The notes: generated by a model not told the origin, from the sequence alone. Positions 20,483 to 34,170 are shown, counted from the first letter of the stretch. The stretch: 64,000 nucleotides of DNA from Nitratireductor sp. (GCA_020637805.1 JACKJU010000013.1:19008-83007), one strand, 5' to 3'. Made by a program: numbers and translations.

Positions 20483-21510
20483 CGGACCTTGGCGCTGATG
20501 GCGCCGATGGCGGACCGGTTCGTCACATTCCGGTCATGCTCGACGAGGTTCTTGGCTCTCTTTGTCCGGTACCGGGAGAGGTTCACGTCGACGGCACGTT
20601 CGGTGCAGGTGGCTATACGAGGGCGATCCTTGAAACGGGTGCCAGTGTTGTTGCCATCGACCGCGATCCGGATGCAATTGCCGGTGGACGGGACCTGGCG
20701 GAAACCTATTCAGGCAGGCTTCAACTGGTCCAGGGGAGGTTCTCCCAGCTCGACGAAATTGCCCGTCAATGCGGACACGCAAGCGTGGATGGTGTCGTGC
20801 TCGATATCGGTGTTTCGTCGATGCAGATCGACGAGGGTGGGCGCGGTTTCTCCTTTCAGAAGGACGGGCCACTGGACATGCGCATGGCCCAGTCCGGCAT
20901 CAGTGCTGCCGATGTCGTCAATCTCGCTGAGCAATCCGTTCTTACCCGCGTCCTTGGCATCTATGGCGAGGAGAAGCGCGCGTCGCAGATCGCACGCGCC
21001 ATCGTGAAGCGCCGCGAGGCAAAGCCGTTTGCCGACACGCTGGACCTTGCGAACCTCGTCGAGAGCACCGTGGGGCGCAAGCATTCCGACCGCATACATC
21101 CTGCGACGCGCACCTTTCAGGCGTTGCGGGTTTTCGTGAACCAGGAACTGGAAGAGCTTGGTGCAGCGCTGTTCGCGGCAGAACGCATCCTCAAACCCGG
21201 TGGACGGCTCACGGTCGTTACCTTCCACTCGCTGGAAGACCGGATGGTCAAGCGTTTCCTGGCGGATCGTGCAGGGGGCATTGGCGGATCGCGACACCTG
21301 CCGGAGGTGGCAACGCACGCGCCTGTCTTCGTGCAGAAAAAGCGCGGCGCGATATTGGCAAGCGAAGCCGAGGCGCAGATCAATCCGCGCTCGCGGTCTG
21401 CAAAACTCAGAACCGGCGAACGCACGGCGGAAGCCGCGTGGACGCCTGATTTTTCAATTTTCGGCCTGCCGGATCTCGATCTCGTCAGGGCTGTCAGGAC
21501 AGGGCGGTAA
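20479..21510 (+). CDS. rsmH: 16S rRNA C1402 N4-methyltransferase
   Basis: [44 protein letters not shown] motifs. Confidence 0.96.
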   Translation: MTDLGADGADGGPVRHIPVMLDEVLGSLCPVPGEVHVDGTFGAGGYTRAILETGASVVAIDRDPDAIAGGRDLAETYSGRLQLVQGRFSQLDEIARQCGHASVDGVVLDIGVSSMQIDEGGRGFSFQKDGPLDMRMAQSGISAADVVNLAEQSVLTRVLGIYGEEKRASQIARAIVKRREAKPFADTLDLANLVESTVGRKHSDRIHPATRTFQALRVFVNQELEELGAALFAAERILKPGGRLTVVTFHSLEDRMVKRFLADRAGGIGGSRHLPEVATHAPVFVQKKRGAILASEAEAQINPRSRSAKLRTGERTAEAAWTPDFSIFGLPDLDLVRAVRTGR

Positions 21511-21512
21511 TC

Positions 21513-21920
21513 GTGCTCAGAACGATCGACATCATCATGATCGGCGCACTGCTTGGCGGTGCGGCATTCACCTTCAAGGTGAAGCACGATTCCGAGCAGG
21601 CCATCGAAAAGGTCGAGCATCTGCAGAACCAGATACAGAAGGAACGCGACGCCATCGACATCCTGAAGGCCGACTGGGCGCTGCTGACCGATCCCCAACG
21701 CCTTGAGCGGCTCGCGGAAATCTATGGCGAAGAGCTGCAGATGGCGCCTGCGGATCCGGCGCAGATCGGCTCGGTCGACAATATCCCGATGCGAAGCCAG
21801 ATGCCCGGAACCGAGGGGGAAAGGCGTGCCGAAGGCGATATCGGCTCGCTTCTGAAAGACAATGATCCAATCACAACCGGAACTGCGGCGACCGCAGGCG
21901 AAGGGGAGAACATCGAATGA
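21513..21920 (+). CDS. ftsL: Cell division protein FtsL
   Basis: Single TM plus coiled coil, LKADWALL..PQRL; position between rsmH and ftsI. Confidence 0.85.
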   Translation: MLRTIDIIMIGALLGGAAFTFKVKHDSEQAIEKVEHLQNQIQKERDAIDILKADWALLTDPQRLERLAEIYGEELQMAPADPAQIGSVDNIPMRSQMPGTEGERRAEGDIGSLLKDNDPITTGTAATAGEGENIE

Positions 21921-23668
21921 ATTTCTCTTCCTTCTTCAAGGGCCGCAAGGATTCCGGCCATGGCGCGGCGGGACTTGCCGGTGCGGCGGGCCATACTGCC
22001 GGGCACATCCATCTTCGCGGTATCCGGCGCAATGCGGCAGAACAGGCGCGCTCGCGCATCGTTCTCGGCATGATCATGATCTGTGCGGTCTATGCGGTGA
22101 TCTGCGGGCGCCTGGTCCAGTTCGCGCTGACGGACAGTTCCGACACCGTGAGACTGGCAATGGCCGATCCGGCCATTTCAGCGCGCAGGCCGGATCTTGT
22201 CGATCGCAACGGCCTCACACTGGCAACCGACATCAACACGGCCTCGCTCTACGGCGAGCCGCGCCGCATTGTTGATCCCGACGAGGCTGTGGAGCTTCTA
22301 TCCAGCGTATTGCCGGGTCTCGACATGGAGCATGTCTACAGCCGGCTTACCAGCAAGGCTGGTTTCGTCTGGCTCAAGCGTGAACTGACGCCAGCCCAGC
22401 AAAGCCGCATTCTCGAGCTCGGAATCCCGGGAATAGGCTTCAAGACGGAAACAAGGCGCTTCTATCCCAAGGGCAATACGGCATCGCATCTCGTCGGCAT
22501 CGTCAACATCGACAATGTCGGCATAGCCGGTATCGAGAAATACATCGATGATCGCGGGCTCAAGGACCTGCGTGCCGCAGGTTTCGGTGCAACGGCGTCC
22601 AACGAGCCGGTGGAGCTTTCCATCGATCTGCGCGTGCAGCACATCGTGCATGACGAAATCGAAAAGGCGATGGAACGCTACCATGCCATCGCGGCCGGTG
22701 CCGTCGTCCTCGATGTTCACACCGGCGAAGTCGTGGCGATGGCATCTGTGCCCGATTTCGATCCAAACAGTCCTGCCGAGGCTCTCGATCCCGACCGGCT
22801 GAACCGCATGTCTGCCGGTCTCTACGAAATGGGGTCTACCTTCAAGACCTTCACGACGGCGATGGCGCTCGATTCAGGCAAGGTCACGCTCAACGACCAC
22901 TTCGATGCGTCCAAGCCGCTGCGGATTGCGGGTTTCACGATCAACGACTTCCACGGCAAGCGCCGGGTGCTCAGCGTTCCCGAAATCTTCATCTACTCGT
23001 CCAACATCGGCACCGCCAAAGAGGCCGAGATCGTTGGCATCGAGGGGCACAAGGAATTTCTCCATCGCCTGGGCCTTCTCGACAAGATGGATTTCGAATT
23101 GCCGGAAACCGCAACGCCGGTGGAACCGCGCGAGTGGAAGCTCATCAACTCGATCACCATTTCCTACGGCCATGGCGTGACAACAACACCGTTGCAGACG
23201 GCGGTTGCCGGGGCAGCCCTGATGAATGGCGGCATGCTGGTGCCGCCAACCCTGTTCAAACGCAGCGAGGAACAGGCCCAGGCCCTTGCAAAACGCGTGG
23301 TTTCCAAGCAAACGAGCGATGCCATGCGCTACCTGTTCAGGCTCAACGTGGAGAAGGGATCCGGGCGCAGGGCTGATGTCGACGGTTATTTCGTCGGAGG
23401 CAAGACCGGCACCGCGGAGAAGGTCGTCAAAGGAAAATATTCGTCGGACAAGCGGTTCAACGCTTTTCTTGCCGCATTTCCGATACAGGACCCGAAATAC
23501 GTTGTGCTTTCCATCATCGACGAGCCCAAGCCCGAAAAGGAGGGCATGGGAGCGACGGCTGGAACAAATGCCGGACCGATGGTTGCCAACATAATACGCC
23601 GGGCAGCGCCGCTGCTCGGTGTCAAACCGCAGTTTCCGGATGATGGAACGGTTTGGGTCAAGAATTGA
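21917..23668 (+). CDS. ftsI: Class B penicillin-binding protein (PBP3)
   Basis: GSTFK (SxxK), SSN, KTGT motifs; dcw position. Confidence 0.95.
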   Translation: MNFSSFFKGRKDSGHGAAGLAGAAGHTAGHIHLRGIRRNAAEQARSRIVLGMIMICAVYAVICGRLVQFALTDSSDTVRLAMADPAISARRPDLVDRNGLTLATDINTASLYGEPRRIVDPDEAVELLSSVLPGLDMEHVYSRLTSKAGFVWLKRELTPAQQSRILELGIPGIGFKTETRRFYPKGNTASHLVGIVNIDNVGIAGIEKYIDDRGLKDLRAAGFGATASNEPVELSIDLRVQHIVHDEIEKAMERYHAIAAGAVVLDVHTGEVVAMASVPDFDPNSPAEALDPDRLNRMSAGLYEMGSTFKTFTTAMALDSGKVTLNDHFDASKPLRIAGFTINDFHGKRRVLSVPEIFIYSSNIGTAKEAEIVGIEGHKEFLHRLGLLDKMDFELPETATPVEPREWKLINSITISYGHGVTTTPLQTAVAGAALMNGGMLVPPTLFKRSEEQAQALAKRVVSKQTSDAMRYLFRLNVEKGSGRRADVDGYFVGGKTGTAEKVVKGKYSSDKRFNAFLAAFPIQDPKYVVLSIIDEPKPEKEGMGATAGTNAGPMVANIIRRAAPLLGVKPQFPDDGTVWVKN

Positions 23669-23746
23669 TAGAGTGACCGGCGCCGAGCGCGGGTCTCGCA
23701 CCGGGGAATATCGACTTATGGTCAGCATGGAAGCGCGGAGGGATGC

Positions 23747-25225
23747 ATGAAACTCCGGGCATTGAGAGAAATGGGCCTTGCCCTTCCGGGTGAGGGGGAT
23801 TGCGAGATCACAGGTGTCACTTCCGACTCCCGAAAGGTAGCCGAAGGAACGATCTTCGTTGCCATCAAGGGCGCTGCCGCAGATGGAGCCGACTTCATCG
23901 CGCAGGCAGTTGCTTCAGGTGCTTGCGCGATTGTCGCGCATGACGGGGCAGACCTGGCAGGAGTTGGTATTCCGGCGGTCAAGGTAGGCGACCCGCGCCC
24001 GTGGCTTTCAAGAATCGCTGCCGCGCTTCATCCCCGCCAGCCTGAAAGGATGGTTGCCGTTACCGGTACGGCCGGCAAGACATCGGTCGCTTCATTCATG
24101 CGCCAGATATGGGCAATGGAGGGCAAGCCCGCGGCGATGATCGGCACCACGGGCGTCGTCGCGCCAGGCCGCAACAGCTATGGTTCACTTACGACGCCGG
24201 ATCCCGTCGACCTGCACCGGCTTCTGGATGAACTCGCAGGCGAAGGCGTGACCCACGCGGCCATGGAAGCCTCGTCGCACGGTCTCGACCAGTACAGGTT
24301 GCACGGTGTCCGTCTTTCCGCAGCCGGGTTCACCAATATCGGCCGTGATCACATGGACTACCATCCGACGGTGGAGCACTACTTCAACGCCAAGATGCGG
24401 CTGTTTACCGAATTGCTGCCGGAAGGTGGTCCGGCGGTGATTTTTGCCGACGACGCATGGTCCGCGCGTGCCGTCGAGGCTGCGCGGAATGCAGGACGCG
24501 AACCGCTGACGGTGGGGCACCAGGGGGAATTCCTGACCCTGACCCGCGTCGAGCACGAACGCTTCCGGCAGGTTGTCGAGATACGCCACGACAAGACCCA
24601 CTACCGGGTAGAGTTTCCGCTTGCTGGCGAATTCCAGGTATCCAATGCACTTGTTGCTGCAGGCATGGCGATCGCCACCGGCAGCGATCCGGCCGCCGTC
24701 ATGAAGGCACTGGAGAAACTGAAGGGCGCACCGGGCCGTCTCGAACTGGTTGGGCGCTCGGCGTCGAATGCGCCTTGCTATGTGGACTATGCCCACAAGC
24801 CGGAAGCGCTGGAAAATGTTCTCTCCTCGCTGCGCCCGTTCACCACGGGACGGATCATCTGCGTATTCGGCTGCGGCGGCGACCGCGACCCCGGCAAGCG
24901 GCCCATCATGGGCGAAATTGCGAGCCGGCTTGCCGACATCGCAATCGTCACCGACGACAATCCGCGCTCGGAGGATCCTGCATCGATCCGTGCGGCGATC
25001 ATGGCGGCAGCGCCCGGCGCGACGGAAATAGGCGACCGGCACGAGGCCATTGCAGGTGCCTATGCCATGCTGCGCGAGGGCGACTGCCTGGTCGTTGCGG
25101 GCAAGGGGCACGAGGTGGGTCAGATCATCAACGGCGTGAACCACCATTTCTCGGACCATGAGGAACTGGCCAGGGCGATCAAAGCAGATGGCGGCAGGCT
25201 CGAAACGCCGGGCATGGTGGCATGA
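23747..25225 (+). CDS. murE: UDP-MurNAc-tripeptide synthetase (meso-DAP adding)
   Basis: TGTAGKT, MEASSH, DYAH, GCGGDRD, DNPR (DAP specificity), AGKGHE motifs. Confidence 0.96.
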   Translation: MKLRALREMGLALPGEGDCEITGVTSDSRKVAEGTIFVAIKGAAADGADFIAQAVASGACAIVAHDGADLAGVGIPAVKVGDPRPWLSRIAAALHPRQPERMVAVTGTAGKTSVASFMRQIWAMEGKPAAMIGTTGVVAPGRNSYGSLTTPDPVDLHRLLDELAGEGVTHAAMEASSHGLDQYRLHGVRLSAAGFTNIGRDHMDYHPTVEHYFNAKMRLFTELLPEGGPAVIFADDAWSARAVEAARNAGREPLTVGHQGEFLTLTRVEHERFRQVVEIRHDKTHYRVEFPLAGEFQVSNALVAAGMAIATGSDPAAVMKALEKLKGAPGRLELVGRSASNAPCYVDYAHKPEALENVLSSLRPFTTGRIICVFGCGGDRDPGKRPIMGEIASRLADIAIVTDDNPRSEDPASIRAAIMAAAPGATEIGDRHEAIAGAYAMLREGDCLVVAGKGHEVGQIINGVNHHFSDHEELARAIKADGGRLETPGMVA

Positions 25226-26691
25226 TGGAGCAGGACTGGCTCTGGGACAGCGACGCTTTCATCTCTGCAACGAACGGCAGGCCGGTGGGTGACCTGCCGG
25301 AGGGCATTACCGGGATTTCCATCGATACGCGGACCCTTCAGCCCGGCGAAGCATACTTTGCCATCAAGGGCGAACGCATGGACGGCCACGATTTCGTATC
25401 TGCGGCCATGAAGGCAGGGGCAGGACTTGCAGTCGTCGCCGAAGAGAAGCTGGTCGCGCTTGGAGGAATCAAGCTGCCGCTGGTCGTGGTGCGAGATGTG
25501 CTCGGCGCGATGCGTCGGCTCGGCGAGGCTGCGCGCGCCCGCTCGCGTGCACAGATCATTGCGGTTACCGGCAGCGTGGGCAAGACGACGACGAAGGAAA
25601 TGATGCGCACCGTGCTCTCTGCAAGCGGCAAGGTGCATGCCTCGGCGGCGTCCTTCAACAACCACTGGGGCGTTCCGCTGACGCTGGCGCGCATGCCGGA
25701 CGATACGCGCTTCGGCATATTCGAGATCGGCATGAACCATCCGGATGAAATCCGTCCGCTGGTGAAGATGGTTCGCCCGCATGTTGCGATGATCAACAAT
25801 GTTGCCGCAGCGCATCTGGGTGCCTTCAAGTCGATAGACGAGATCGCGCACGCAAAGTGCGAGATATTCGAGGGCGTGGTTCCCGGCGGATATGGCCTGA
25901 TCAACCGCGACGACGAACGATACTCCCTTCAGAAGAAACTGGCCGAACAGGCTGGAATTGAACACCTTCTTTCGTTTGGCGAGAAACGTGGAGCCGACTT
26001 CAAGCTGAAATCGCTCGAAGAGACGGCGCAAGGCAGCCGGTTCGTGGCTGTCATCAACCGCAAGGAATTCGATGTGACCGTCAATGCGCCGGGCCGGCAC
26101 CTGGTGCAGAATGCGCTGGCGGTTCTGGGCGTAGCGTCCTTGTGCGGTGCCGACATGGAAAAATCGGTTGAGGCCTTCAAGCAGATCGTGCCCGAAAAGG
26201 GACGCGGGCGCAGGCACCGGCTCAAGGCGCGGGATGGCGGGTTCCTCCTGATCGACGAAAGCTACAATGCGAACACCGCTTCGATGGCCGCTGCGCTGAG
26301 GGTGGCGGGAATGGCCGAGAAGGGCGCAAAGGGCAGGCGCATAGCTGTGCTTGGTGACATGCGCGAACTCGGGTCGAATTCTGAGCGGCTGCACCGTTCA
26401 CTCGCTGGACCGATCTCCGAAAACGGCATTGATCTTGTCTATACGGTGGGCGAGGAAATCGCCGTTCTGGGCGCAGAACTGGGCCCCGGTGTCCATGCCG
26501 GACACTACGCGGATCGCGACGCAGTCATGCCCGTACTCGCCAAATCGTTGCGCGCCGGGGACGTAATCATGCTAAAGGCTTCCAATGGACTGGGATTCGC
26601 GAAGCTGGTGGACATGCTTCGCGAAAACTTTCCGGAAGTGGAAGATGCGTTGGGGACGCAAACCGGCCGGAAGGGCAAGGCGGGGAACTGA
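25222..26691 (+). CDS. murF: UDP-MurNAc-tripeptide--D-Ala-D-Ala ligase
   Basis: [44 protein letters not shown] motifs. Confidence 0.96.
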   Translation: MMEQDWLWDSDAFISATNGRPVGDLPEGITGISIDTRTLQPGEAYFAIKGERMDGHDFVSAAMKAGAGLAVVAEEKLVALGGIKLPLVVVRDVLGAMRRLGEAARARSRAQIIAVTGSVGKTTTKEMMRTVLSASGKVHASAASFNNHWGVPLTLARMPDDTRFGIFEIGMNHPDEIRPLVKMVRPHVAMINNVAAAHLGAFKSIDEIAHAKCEIFEGVVPGGYGLINRDDERYSLQKKLAEQAGIEHLLSFGEKRGADFKLKSLEETAQGSRFVAVINRKEFDVTVNAPGRHLVQNALAVLGVASLCGADMEKSVEAFKQIVPEKGRGRRHRLKARDGGFLLIDESYNANTASMAAALRVAGMAEKGAKGRRIAVLGDMRELGSNSERLHRSLAGPISENGIDLVYTVGEEIAVLGAELGPGVHAGHYADRDAVMPVLAKSLRAGDVIMLKASNGLGFAKLVDMLRENFPEVEDALGTQTGRKGKAGN

Positions 26692-26695
26692 AATC

Positions 26696-27781
26696 ATGCT
26701 GTATTATCTGAGCCAGGAATTTGCTGCCAATTTTCCAGGCTTCAACCTGTTCAGGTACATCACTTTCCGAACGGCGGGTTCGCTCGTTACCTCGGCACTG
26801 TTCGTGTTCCTGTTCGGGCAGGCGATCATCAATTCGCTGAGATTGCGCCAGGGCAAGGGCCAGCCAATCCGGGCAGATGGCCCGGAATCCCATTTTGCCA
26901 AGGCTGGCACACCCACCATGGGTGGCCTGATGATCATCGTCGGTGTTCTGGTTTCCTCGATCATCTGGGCCAATCTTTCGAGCGTCTATGTGTGGGTCGT
27001 GCTCGTGGTCATGTCGGGCTTCGGCCTCATCGGCTTCTATGACGACTACCTGAAGGTCAGCAAGTCGAGCCACAAGGGGTTCTCGGGGCGCATGCGCCTT
27101 TCGCTGGAATTCGTTATCGCGGCTGCCGCGGCGCTGGCAATCATGGTGAGCGGCGAGCAGCCCTTTTCCTCCGCGCTGACATTTCCCTTCTTCAAGGACC
27201 TGATCCTGAATCTCGGCTGGTTCTTCATTCCTTTTGCGGCCTTCGTGATCGTTGGCGCGGGCAATGCGGTGAACCTGACCGACGGACTGGATGGACTTGC
27301 AATCGTCCCGGTGATGATCGCCGCTGCTTCGTTCGGCTTCATTGCCTACCTCTCGGGCAACGCGATATTTGCAAACTACCTCCAGATTCACTTCGTTCTG
27401 GGAACGGGTGAAATTGCAGTGATATGCGGTGCCGTGATCGGTGCGGGGCTTGGGTTTCTCTGGTTCAACGCGCCGCCTGCGGCAATCTTCATGGGCGATA
27501 CCGGCTCCCTTGCCCTTGGCGGGATGATCGGCGCGGTCGCGGTCGCTACCAAGCACGAGATCGTGCTCGCCGTTGTTGGCGGGCTGTTCGTGATGGAGGC
27601 GCTGTCGGTCATGATACAGGTGGCTTCGTTCAAGCTCACCGGCAAGCGTGTATTCCGCATGGCTCCCATCCATCACCACTTCGAGAAGAAGGGATGGACC
27701 GAGAGCCAAGTCGTGATCCGGTTCTGGATCATCGCGGTGCTACTGGCACTGATCGGGCTTTCGACACTCAAACTCAGATAG
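26696..27781 (+). CDS. mraY: Phospho-MurNAc-pentapeptide transferase
   Basis: [37 protein letters not shown] motifs. Confidence 0.97.
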   Translation: MLYYLSQEFAANFPGFNLFRYITFRTAGSLVTSALFVFLFGQAIINSLRLRQGKGQPIRADGPESHFAKAGTPTMGGLMIIVGVLVSSIIWANLSSVYVWVVLVVMSGFGLIGFYDDYLKVSKSSHKGFSGRMRLSLEFVIAAAAALAIMVSGEQPFSSALTFPFFKDLILNLGWFFIPFAAFVIVGAGNAVNLTDGLDGLAIVPVMIAAASFGFIAYLSGNAIFANYLQIHFVLGTGEIAVICGAVIGAGLGFLWFNAPPAAIFMGDTGSLALGGMIGAVAVATKHEIVLAVVGGLFVMEALSVMIQVASFKLTGKRVFRMAPIHHHFEKKGWTESQVVIRFWIIAVLLALIGLSTLKLR

Positions 27782-27802
27782 GATTTCTACGGGGACGCCA
27801 TC

Positions 27803-29203
27803 TTGATTGCGGCAACGACGGCGAAAGGAAAAAGAATTGCACTGTTCGGGCTCGGCGGCTCGGGCTTGGCGACTGCGCACGCGCTGTCGCAGGGCGGGGC
27901 GGATCTCGTCTGTTTCGATGACAATCCCGAAAAGGTGAAACAGGCCCAGGCGGAGGGGTTGACGGTCCGGGACCTTCGCGAGGTCGATTTCTCCAGCGTG
28001 GACGAACTCGTGCTTTCGCCCGGCGTGCCGCTGACCCATCCCAGACCCCACTGGTCGGTGGAACTGGCGAGGAAGGCAGGGAAACCGGTAGTCGGCGATA
28101 TCGAGCTGTTTGTTCGCGAACGCAATGCCCGCGCGCCGGAATGTCCGTTAATCGCCGTGACCGGGACCAATGGCAAATCGACCACCACCGCATTGATCGC
28201 CCATGTGCTGAAATCCGCTGGTCGCGACACCCAGATGGGAGGCAATATCGGCACGGCTGCGCTGCTTCTCGATCCGCCTGCAAGCGACCGGTTCTATGTC
28301 ATCGAGTGTTCGTCCTACCAGATCGACCTTGCCCCCTCGCTCAACCCGTCTGCAGGAATTCTCCTCAACCTGACGCCGGACCACCTGGACAGGCACGGCT
28401 CCATGGACAACTACGCGGCCATCAAGGAGCGCCTTGTTGCAGCGAGCGGCACGGCGATTGTCGGGGTGGATGACAGCTATTGCACCGCAATTGCATCCTA
28501 CCTCGAGGCGCAGGGCAGGAAGGTGTTGCGGATATCCAGCTCGGCCAACCTGCATGAGGGCATTCATTTCCGGGACGGGTGGATCGTCAAGTCCGGTGCG
28601 GGCGGCACGCAGAAGCTGTTCGACCTGAATGAGGCGCCAGCCTTGCGCGGCAAGCACAATGCACAAAATGCGGCCGCCACCTGGGCTGTGCTCGCCGTGT
28701 CAGGCCTTTCGTCTGAAGAGATTGCTGAAGGCATGCGCTCGTTTCCGGGGCTTGCCCATCGCATGGAACAAGTGGGCCGTATCGGCAAAACCCTGTTCGT
28801 CAACGATTCCAAGGCAACGAATGCCGATGCCGCGGCAATGGCGCTTGGCAGTTTCGAGAACATTCACTGGATTGCGGGCGGTCTTGCCAAGGAGGGCGGG
28901 ATCGAAAGTCTCGGACCGTTCTTCAGCAGGATCAGGCGTGCATACCTGATCGGCGAGGCAGCGCCGGCATTTGCGGCAACGCTTGGCGGCAAGCTGCCGT
29001 TCGAGATCTCCGGTACGCTCGACGCGGCTGTGGTTCACGCTGCTGGCAATGCTGCACAAGAAGGCGAGGAGACTGTCGTTCTGCTTTCGCCTGCATGCGC
29101 GAGTTTCGACCAGTTTCCCAATTTCGAAAAACGGGGAGATGCCTTCCGCGAAGCCGTTCTGGCGCTGGAGGGGATCAAGCCGATGAAGGAGGTGGTGACA
29201 TGA
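27803..29203 (+). CDS. murD: UDP-MurNAc-L-Ala--D-Glu ligase
   Basis: [38 protein letters not shown] motifs. Confidence 0.96.
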   Translation: MIAATTAKGKRIALFGLGGSGLATAHALSQGGADLVCFDDNPEKVKQAQAEGLTVRDLREVDFSSVDELVLSPGVPLTHPRPHWSVELARKAGKPVVGDIELFVRERNARAPECPLIAVTGTNGKSTTTALIAHVLKSAGRDTQMGGNIGTAALLLDPPASDRFYVIECSSYQIDLAPSLNPSAGILLNLTPDHLDRHGSMDNYAAIKERLVAASGTAIVGVDDSYCTAIASYLEAQGRKVLRISSSANLHEGIHFRDGWIVKSGAGGTQKLFDLNEAPALRGKHNAQNAAATWAVLAVSGLSSEEIAEGMRSFPGLAHRMEQVGRIGKTLFVNDSKATNADAAAMALGSFENIHWIAGGLAKEGGIESLGPFFSRIRRAYLIGEAAPAFAATLGGKLPFEISGTLDAAVVHAAGNAAQEGEETVVLLSPACASFDQFPNFEKRGDAFREAVLALEGIKPMKEVVT

Positions 29204-30354
29204 TTTCCAGAGCCGACCGGTCATTCCTTGCCGAGTGGTGGCGCACCATCGACAAGCCGCTTCTGAGCGGTGTGCTGATCCTCATCCTGCTTGGTTTCCT
29301 GCTGTCTTTTGCGGCCAGTCCGCCGGTTGCCGAGCGTATCGGCCTGCCGCCTTCGCATTTCACCATTCGTCATGCAGTGTTCCTGGTGCCGTCCCTGATC
29401 CTGCTGATTGGCCTGTCGTTCCTCGATCAGCGCATGGTCCGGCGCTCGGCGCTGGTGCTGTTCATAATTGCCATGGCGTTGATGATGGCAACCCTGTTCA
29501 TCGGCGAAGACGTGAAGGGCTCGCGGCGCTGGATCTGGATCGCAGGCTTCTCCCTGCAGCCCTCGGAATTCATGAAGCCCGCCTTCGTGATCCTGACGGC
29601 ATGGCTGTTTGCCGAGAATTCGAGGCAGCCCGAGATCCCCGGAAACCTGTTCGCCATCATCCTGTTCGGCATGGTTGCCGCGCTCTTGATCGCGCAGCCC
29701 GACTTCGGCCAGACGGTTCTGGTCGGCATTGTCTGGGGCGCGATGTTCTTTGTCGCCGGGATGTCCTGGCTGTGGATCGGGGGACTTGGCAGCCTCGGTG
29801 CGCTGGCGTTTGTCGGAGCGTACATGTTCTTTCCGCACGTTGCCGGGCGAATAGACCGGTTCATCACGGGTGAAGGCGACAACTTCCAGGTCGAGACTGC
29901 ACGCGAAGCCATCATTACCGGCGGCTGGCTTGGGCAGGGGCCGGGCGAGGGCACGGTCAAGCGCTATCTTCCGGACAGTCACACGGACTTCTCGTTTTCA
30001 GTGGCTGCCGAGGAGTTCGGCATCATCGCCTGCATCCTGCTCGTGGCGCTATTTGCCTTTGTCGTGTTGCGCGGGCTGAACCGGGCCCTGCGCGAACACA
30101 ATCCATTCACACGGCTGGCGGTTTCCGGTCTCGTCATCATGTTCGGGATGCAGTCGATGATCAACATCATGGTGAACCTGCAACTGATGCCGGCCAAGGG
30201 CATGACCCTGCCGTTCATTTCCTATGGCGGTTCGTCGCTGCTTTCGATGTCCATCGTGATGGGCTACGTTCTTGCGCTGACACGCCGCCGCCCGGACATG
30301 TACCGCAACGAACCGCTGTCGACGACGATCAAGCGGTTCATGCCGGCAGAATGA
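29200..30354 (+). CDS. ftsW: SEDS peptidoglycan polymerase FtsW
   Basis: [31 protein letters not shown] motifs. Confidence 0.95.
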   Translation: MISRADRSFLAEWWRTIDKPLLSGVLILILLGFLLSFAASPPVAERIGLPPSHFTIRHAVFLVPSLILLIGLSFLDQRMVRRSALVLFIIAMALMMATLFIGEDVKGSRRWIWIAGFSLQPSEFMKPAFVILTAWLFAENSRQPEIPGNLFAIILFGMVAALLIAQPDFGQTVLVGIVWGAMFFVAGMSWLWIGGLGSLGALAFVGAYMFFPHVAGRIDRFITGEGDNFQVETAREAIITGGWLGQGPGEGTVKRYLPDSHTDFSFSVAAEEFGIIACILLVALFAFVVLRGLNRALREHNPFTRLAVSGLVIMFGMQSMINIMVNLQLMPAKGMTLPFISYGGSSLLSMSIVMGYVLALTRRRPDMYRNEPLSTTIKRFMPAE

Positions 30355-30374
30355 ACCACTGAACGGGAAATGCG

Positions 30375-31490
30375 ATGACCAAGGGATCAGTCCTGCTTTG
30401 CGCTGGAGGAACGGGAGGCCATCTGTTTCCGGCTGAGGCGCTGGCGCATGAGCTGGTGGCGCGAGGCTATTCCGTGCATCTGGCGACAGACATGCGGGCG
30501 AAGAAATATGCTGCCGCCTTTCCTGCGGATGGTGTGCATGTGATCCGCTCCGCGACGGTGGGCGGCAAGAACCCGGTCGCGCTGGCAAAGACGATTTTCT
30601 CGCTGGGCCTGGGCTATCAGCAGAGTTCCAGGCTGGTGCGGAAGATTAGGCCCGTGGCGGCTGTGGGCTTCGGCGGCTATCCGACGCTTCCGCCGATCTT
30701 TGCCGCCTCCAATGCCAACGTTCCCTGCCTTCTGCACGAGCAGAATGCCATTCTTGGCCGGGCCAACTGGTTTCTCGCAAAGCGGGCAAAAGGCATCGCC
30801 ATCGGGTTCGCGCTGGCCGGGGAAAGACCGGAGGGCACACCCGTCATCGAGACGGGCAATCCGGTACGGCCAATGGTAAAGGCTGTGATGGACACTCCAT
30901 ATCCCTCTCGAACGGCGGGCGAGCGCTTCCGTCTCGTCGTGTTTGGCGGCAGCCAGGGCGCGAGGTTCTTCTCCGAGATCATGCCGGAGGCACTGGCCAT
31001 GCTTGGAGCGGAGGAACGGTCGCGCATTTCACTCCTGGAACAGGCCCGTGAAGAGGATCAGGCGGCACTGAATGCCAGCCTTCAAAGGCTTGGCATCGAG
31101 GCCCAGGTCTCGCCGTTCTTCAAGGACATGCCGGCCGAAATCGCGGGCGCGCATTTCGTTATCGCGCGCGCCGGAGCGTCCTCGGTGGGAGAACTGGCCG
31201 TCATCGGCCGGCCTTCATTGCTCGTACCGCTGCCCGGATCGCTCGACGGCGACCAGGCCGCCAATGCCGCATCCATGGAAAAGGCGGGGGGTGCCATTGT
31301 TGTCCGCCAGGCAGAGTTGTCTGCCGAACGGCTGGCAGGCCTCCTTCGCGAGATGATGAACGAACCGGCAAGGGCCGCGAGCATGGCAGCGGCTGCGCGT
31401 AGCACTGGGAAGCCCGATGCTGCCGAAAAACTTGCCGATTGCGTGGAATGTGTTATCTCCGGCGGCGATCTGGCATCGGCCGCTACGTAA
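30375..31490 (+). CDS. murG: Lipid II GlcNAc transferase
   Basis: [34 protein letters not shown] motifs. Confidence 0.96.
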   Translation: MTKGSVLLCAGGTGGHLFPAEALAHELVARGYSVHLATDMRAKKYAAAFPADGVHVIRSATVGGKNPVALAKTIFSLGLGYQQSSRLVRKIRPVAAVGFGGYPTLPPIFAASNANVPCLLHEQNAILGRANWFLAKRAKGIAIGFALAGERPEGTPVIETGNPVRPMVKAVMDTPYPSRTAGERFRLVVFGGSQGARFFSEIMPEALAMLGAEERSRISLLEQAREEDQAALNASLQRLGIEAQVSPFFKDMPAEIAGAHFVIARAGASSVGELAVIGRPSLLVPLPGSLDGDQAANAASMEKAGGAIVVRQAELSAERLAGLLREMMNEPARAASMAAAARSTGKPDAAEKLADCVECVISGGDLASAAT

Positions 31491-31515
31491 ACTCGAACTC
31501 CACGGACACAATCCC

Positions 31516-32925
31516 ATGAAAATGCCTGCTGACATCGGCATCGTTCACTTCGTCGGAATCGGCGGCATCGGCATGAGCGGCATCGCCGAGGTGCTGCACA
31601 ATCTGGGCTACAAGGTCCAGGGATCCGACATGAACGAGAGCGCCAATGTGGAGCGCCTTCGCGACAAGGGCATAACCGTACACATCGGACACCGGGCCGA
31701 GAACCTTGGCGATGCAGCAGTGGTGGTGGCATCATCCGCGATCAAGCAGGACAATCCCGAACGCATAGCAGCCCGCGAGCGCCGCATACCGCTGGTTCGC
31801 CGCGCCGAGATGCTGGCCGAACTCATGCGCTTCAAGAACGCGGTCGCGATTGGCGGCACGCACGGCAAGACCACGACCACCTCCATGGTGGGCACGATCC
31901 TGGAAGCGGGCGGCCTTGATCCGACGGTCATCAATGGCGGTATCATCAACCATCTTGGCACCAATGTTCGCCTGGGCGATGGTGACTGGATGGTCTGCGA
32001 GGCGGACGAGTCCGACGGGACTTTTCTCAAGTTGCCTGCCGATGTTGCAGTGGTCACCAATATAGACCCGGAGCATCTCGACCATTACGGCGACTACGAC
32101 GCCGTGAAAAAGGCATTCCGCGATTTCGTCGAGAATGTGCCTTTCTATGGTTTCGCTGTTTGCTGCATCGATCACCCGGAAGTGCAGGCGATGGTCGCTC
32201 GAATCACCGACCGGCGCGTCGTCACCTATGGGCGCAACCCCCAGGCCGACATCCGCTTCTTCAATCTCAACATCTCGGGTGCGAAGAGTTCCTTCGATGT
32301 CGAAATTCGCGACCGCAAGCGCGGCGAAACGAAGACTGTCACCGGTCTTGAGCTGCCAATGGCAGGCATTCACAACGTGTCGAACGCGACTGCTGCGATT
32401 GCTGTGGCGCACGAACTTGGCGTGAACGAAGAGGGCATCCGCAAGGGCATTGCCGCGTTCTCCGGGGTCAAGCGCCGCTTCACCCATACCGGAAGCTGGA
32501 ACGGCGTCGAGATATTCGATGATTACGGCCATCACCCGGTGGAGATTGCCGCCGTGCTTGCGGCAGCGCGGGCCGCCACCAATGGCAAGGTGATGGCCAT
32601 CAAGCAGCCGCACCGCTACACGCGGCTGCAAAGCCTGATGGGCGATTTCTGCTCCTGCTTCAACGATGCGGACACGGTGCTTGTCGCGCCGGTCTATTCC
32701 GCTGGCGAAAGCCCGATCGAGGGTGCCGACAACAAGGCGCTGGTTGCCGGTCTGCGTGCCGCCGGTCACCGCGATGCGCGCGTGATCTCGGCTGAGGGCG
32801 ATGTTGCGCCGATTGTTCACCAGACAGCGAACCCGGGTGACTTCGTGATCTTTCTCGGTGCAGGCGACATCACCAAATGGGCCTATGCGCTTCCCGGCGC
32901 TCTTGCGGCGCTCGACGGCAACTGA
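31516..32925 (+). CDS. murC: UDP-MurNAc--L-Ala ligase
   Basis: [38 protein letters not shown] motifs. Confidence 0.97.
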   Translation: MKMPADIGIVHFVGIGGIGMSGIAEVLHNLGYKVQGSDMNESANVERLRDKGITVHIGHRAENLGDAAVVVASSAIKQDNPERIAARERRIPLVRRAEMLAELMRFKNAVAIGGTHGKTTTTSMVGTILEAGGLDPTVINGGIINHLGTNVRLGDGDWMVCEADESDGTFLKLPADVAVVTNIDPEHLDHYGDYDAVKKAFRDFVENVPFYGFAVCCIDHPEVQAMVARITDRRVVTYGRNPQADIRFFNLNISGAKSSFDVEIRDRKRGETKTVTGLELPMAGIHNVSNATAAIAVAHELGVNEEGIRKGIAAFSGVKRRFTHTGSWNGVEIFDDYGHHPVEIAAVLAAARAATNGKVMAIKQPHRYTRLQSLMGDFCSCFNDADTVLVAPVYSAGESPIEGADNKALVAGLRAAGHRDARVISAEGDVAPIVHQTANPGDFVIFLGAGDITKWAYALPGALAALDGN

Positions 32926-32934
32926 GGGCGAAAC

Positions 32935-33906
32935 ATGCCGGGCCAGGCTCTTCTAGATAGTATATTGCCGCTGATGGATGGCCTGCGCGGGCGATGCCAG
33001 GCGAATGCCCTGATGTCCAAGCTCACCTGGTTTCAGGTTGGCGGCCCGGCAGATGTCCTGTTCCAGCCTGCTGACGAGGAGGATCTTGCCTTCTTTCTTT
33101 CCCGGTTGCCGGAGGACATTCCGGTAACGGTGGTCGGCGTCGGCTCCAATCTCCTGGTGCGGGATGGCGGCATCGAAGGCGTTGTCATACGGCTCGGCGC
33201 GAAGGGCTTCGGCCAGGTGGAGCACATTGGCGGACTACGGTTGAGGGCAGGCGCCGCGGTACTTGACAAGAAACTGGCCGCCGAGGCGCTGGCCCATGGG
33301 ATTGGCGGCTTTGCATTCTACCATGGTATTCCGGGGGGAATTGGCGGCGCACTCAGGATGAATGCCGGTGCCAACGGCACGGAGACAACCAATCGTGTCG
33401 TTGAAGTCACGGCCATAGACCGGCAGGGCGGGCGGCATGTGCTCTCGCATGAAGACATGGGGTACACCTACCGTCATTCCGCCGTGCCATCCGATCTCAT
33501 TTTCACCTCGGCGGTTTTCGAGGGCGTCGACGAACCGCGCGAGAAGATCGAGGCGGACATGGCGGCGGTCCAGCATCACCGCGAGACCGTTCAGCCCGTA
33601 AAGGAAAAAACCGGCGGCTCGACCTTCAAGAATCCCGCGGGACATTCAGCCTGGCGGCTTGTCGACGAGGCAGGGCTGAGGGGCTTCCAGGTTGGCGGCG
33701 CACAGATGAGCGAGATGCATTGCAACTTCATGATCAACACCGGTGCCGCCACGGCTCTCGATCTTGAAACTCTGGGTGAAACTGTGCGTCGAAGGGTCTT
33801 GGAAAATTCGGCGATTCAGCTAGAGTGGGAAATCAAGCGCATCGGGCGATTTGCCGAGGGTCAGACCAGACCGGCGTCGATCGATGACCGAAGAGCGGGC
33901 GCGTAG
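32935..33906 (+). CDS. murB: UDP-N-acetylenolpyruvoylglucosamine reductase
   Basis: VGGPA, GSNLL, GIPG, MNAGA, GSTFKNP, HCNF motifs. Confidence 0.96.
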   Translation: MPGQALLDSILPLMDGLRGRCQANALMSKLTWFQVGGPADVLFQPADEEDLAFFLSRLPEDIPVTVVGVGSNLLVRDGGIEGVVIRLGAKGFGQVEHIGGLRLRAGAAVLDKKLAAEALAHGIGGFAFYHGIPGGIGGALRMNAGANGTETTNRVVEVTAIDRQGGRHVLSHEDMGYTYRHSAVPSDLIFTSAVFEGVDEPREKIEADMAAVQHHRETVQPVKEKTGGSTFKNPAGHSAWRLVDEAGLRGFQVGGAQMSEMHCNFMINTGAATALDLETLGETVRRRVLENSAIQLEWEIKRIGRFAEGQTRPASIDDRRAGA

Positions 33907-34170
33907 GACGAGGCGGCAGGCGGCGGAGCAGGCCGGAAGTCCATAGCCCGAACAATGCGGCAACACCGGCCAAAGCCGGGGCAGTATCCGACAGGGAAGC
34001 GAAATACACTCGCCTGAACCTCCGTATGGGGAGGCTCCGGGACGGGTGGATTCTGATTCCGGCTTCCGTTGGGAGCCTCATGACCAGCCCATGTAGAGGG
34101 CGGCAAAACATCCGGCCACTTGGGTGGTCAAAACGGGACCGCAATCTGGGGTCCAAGACGGGGAATGCGT

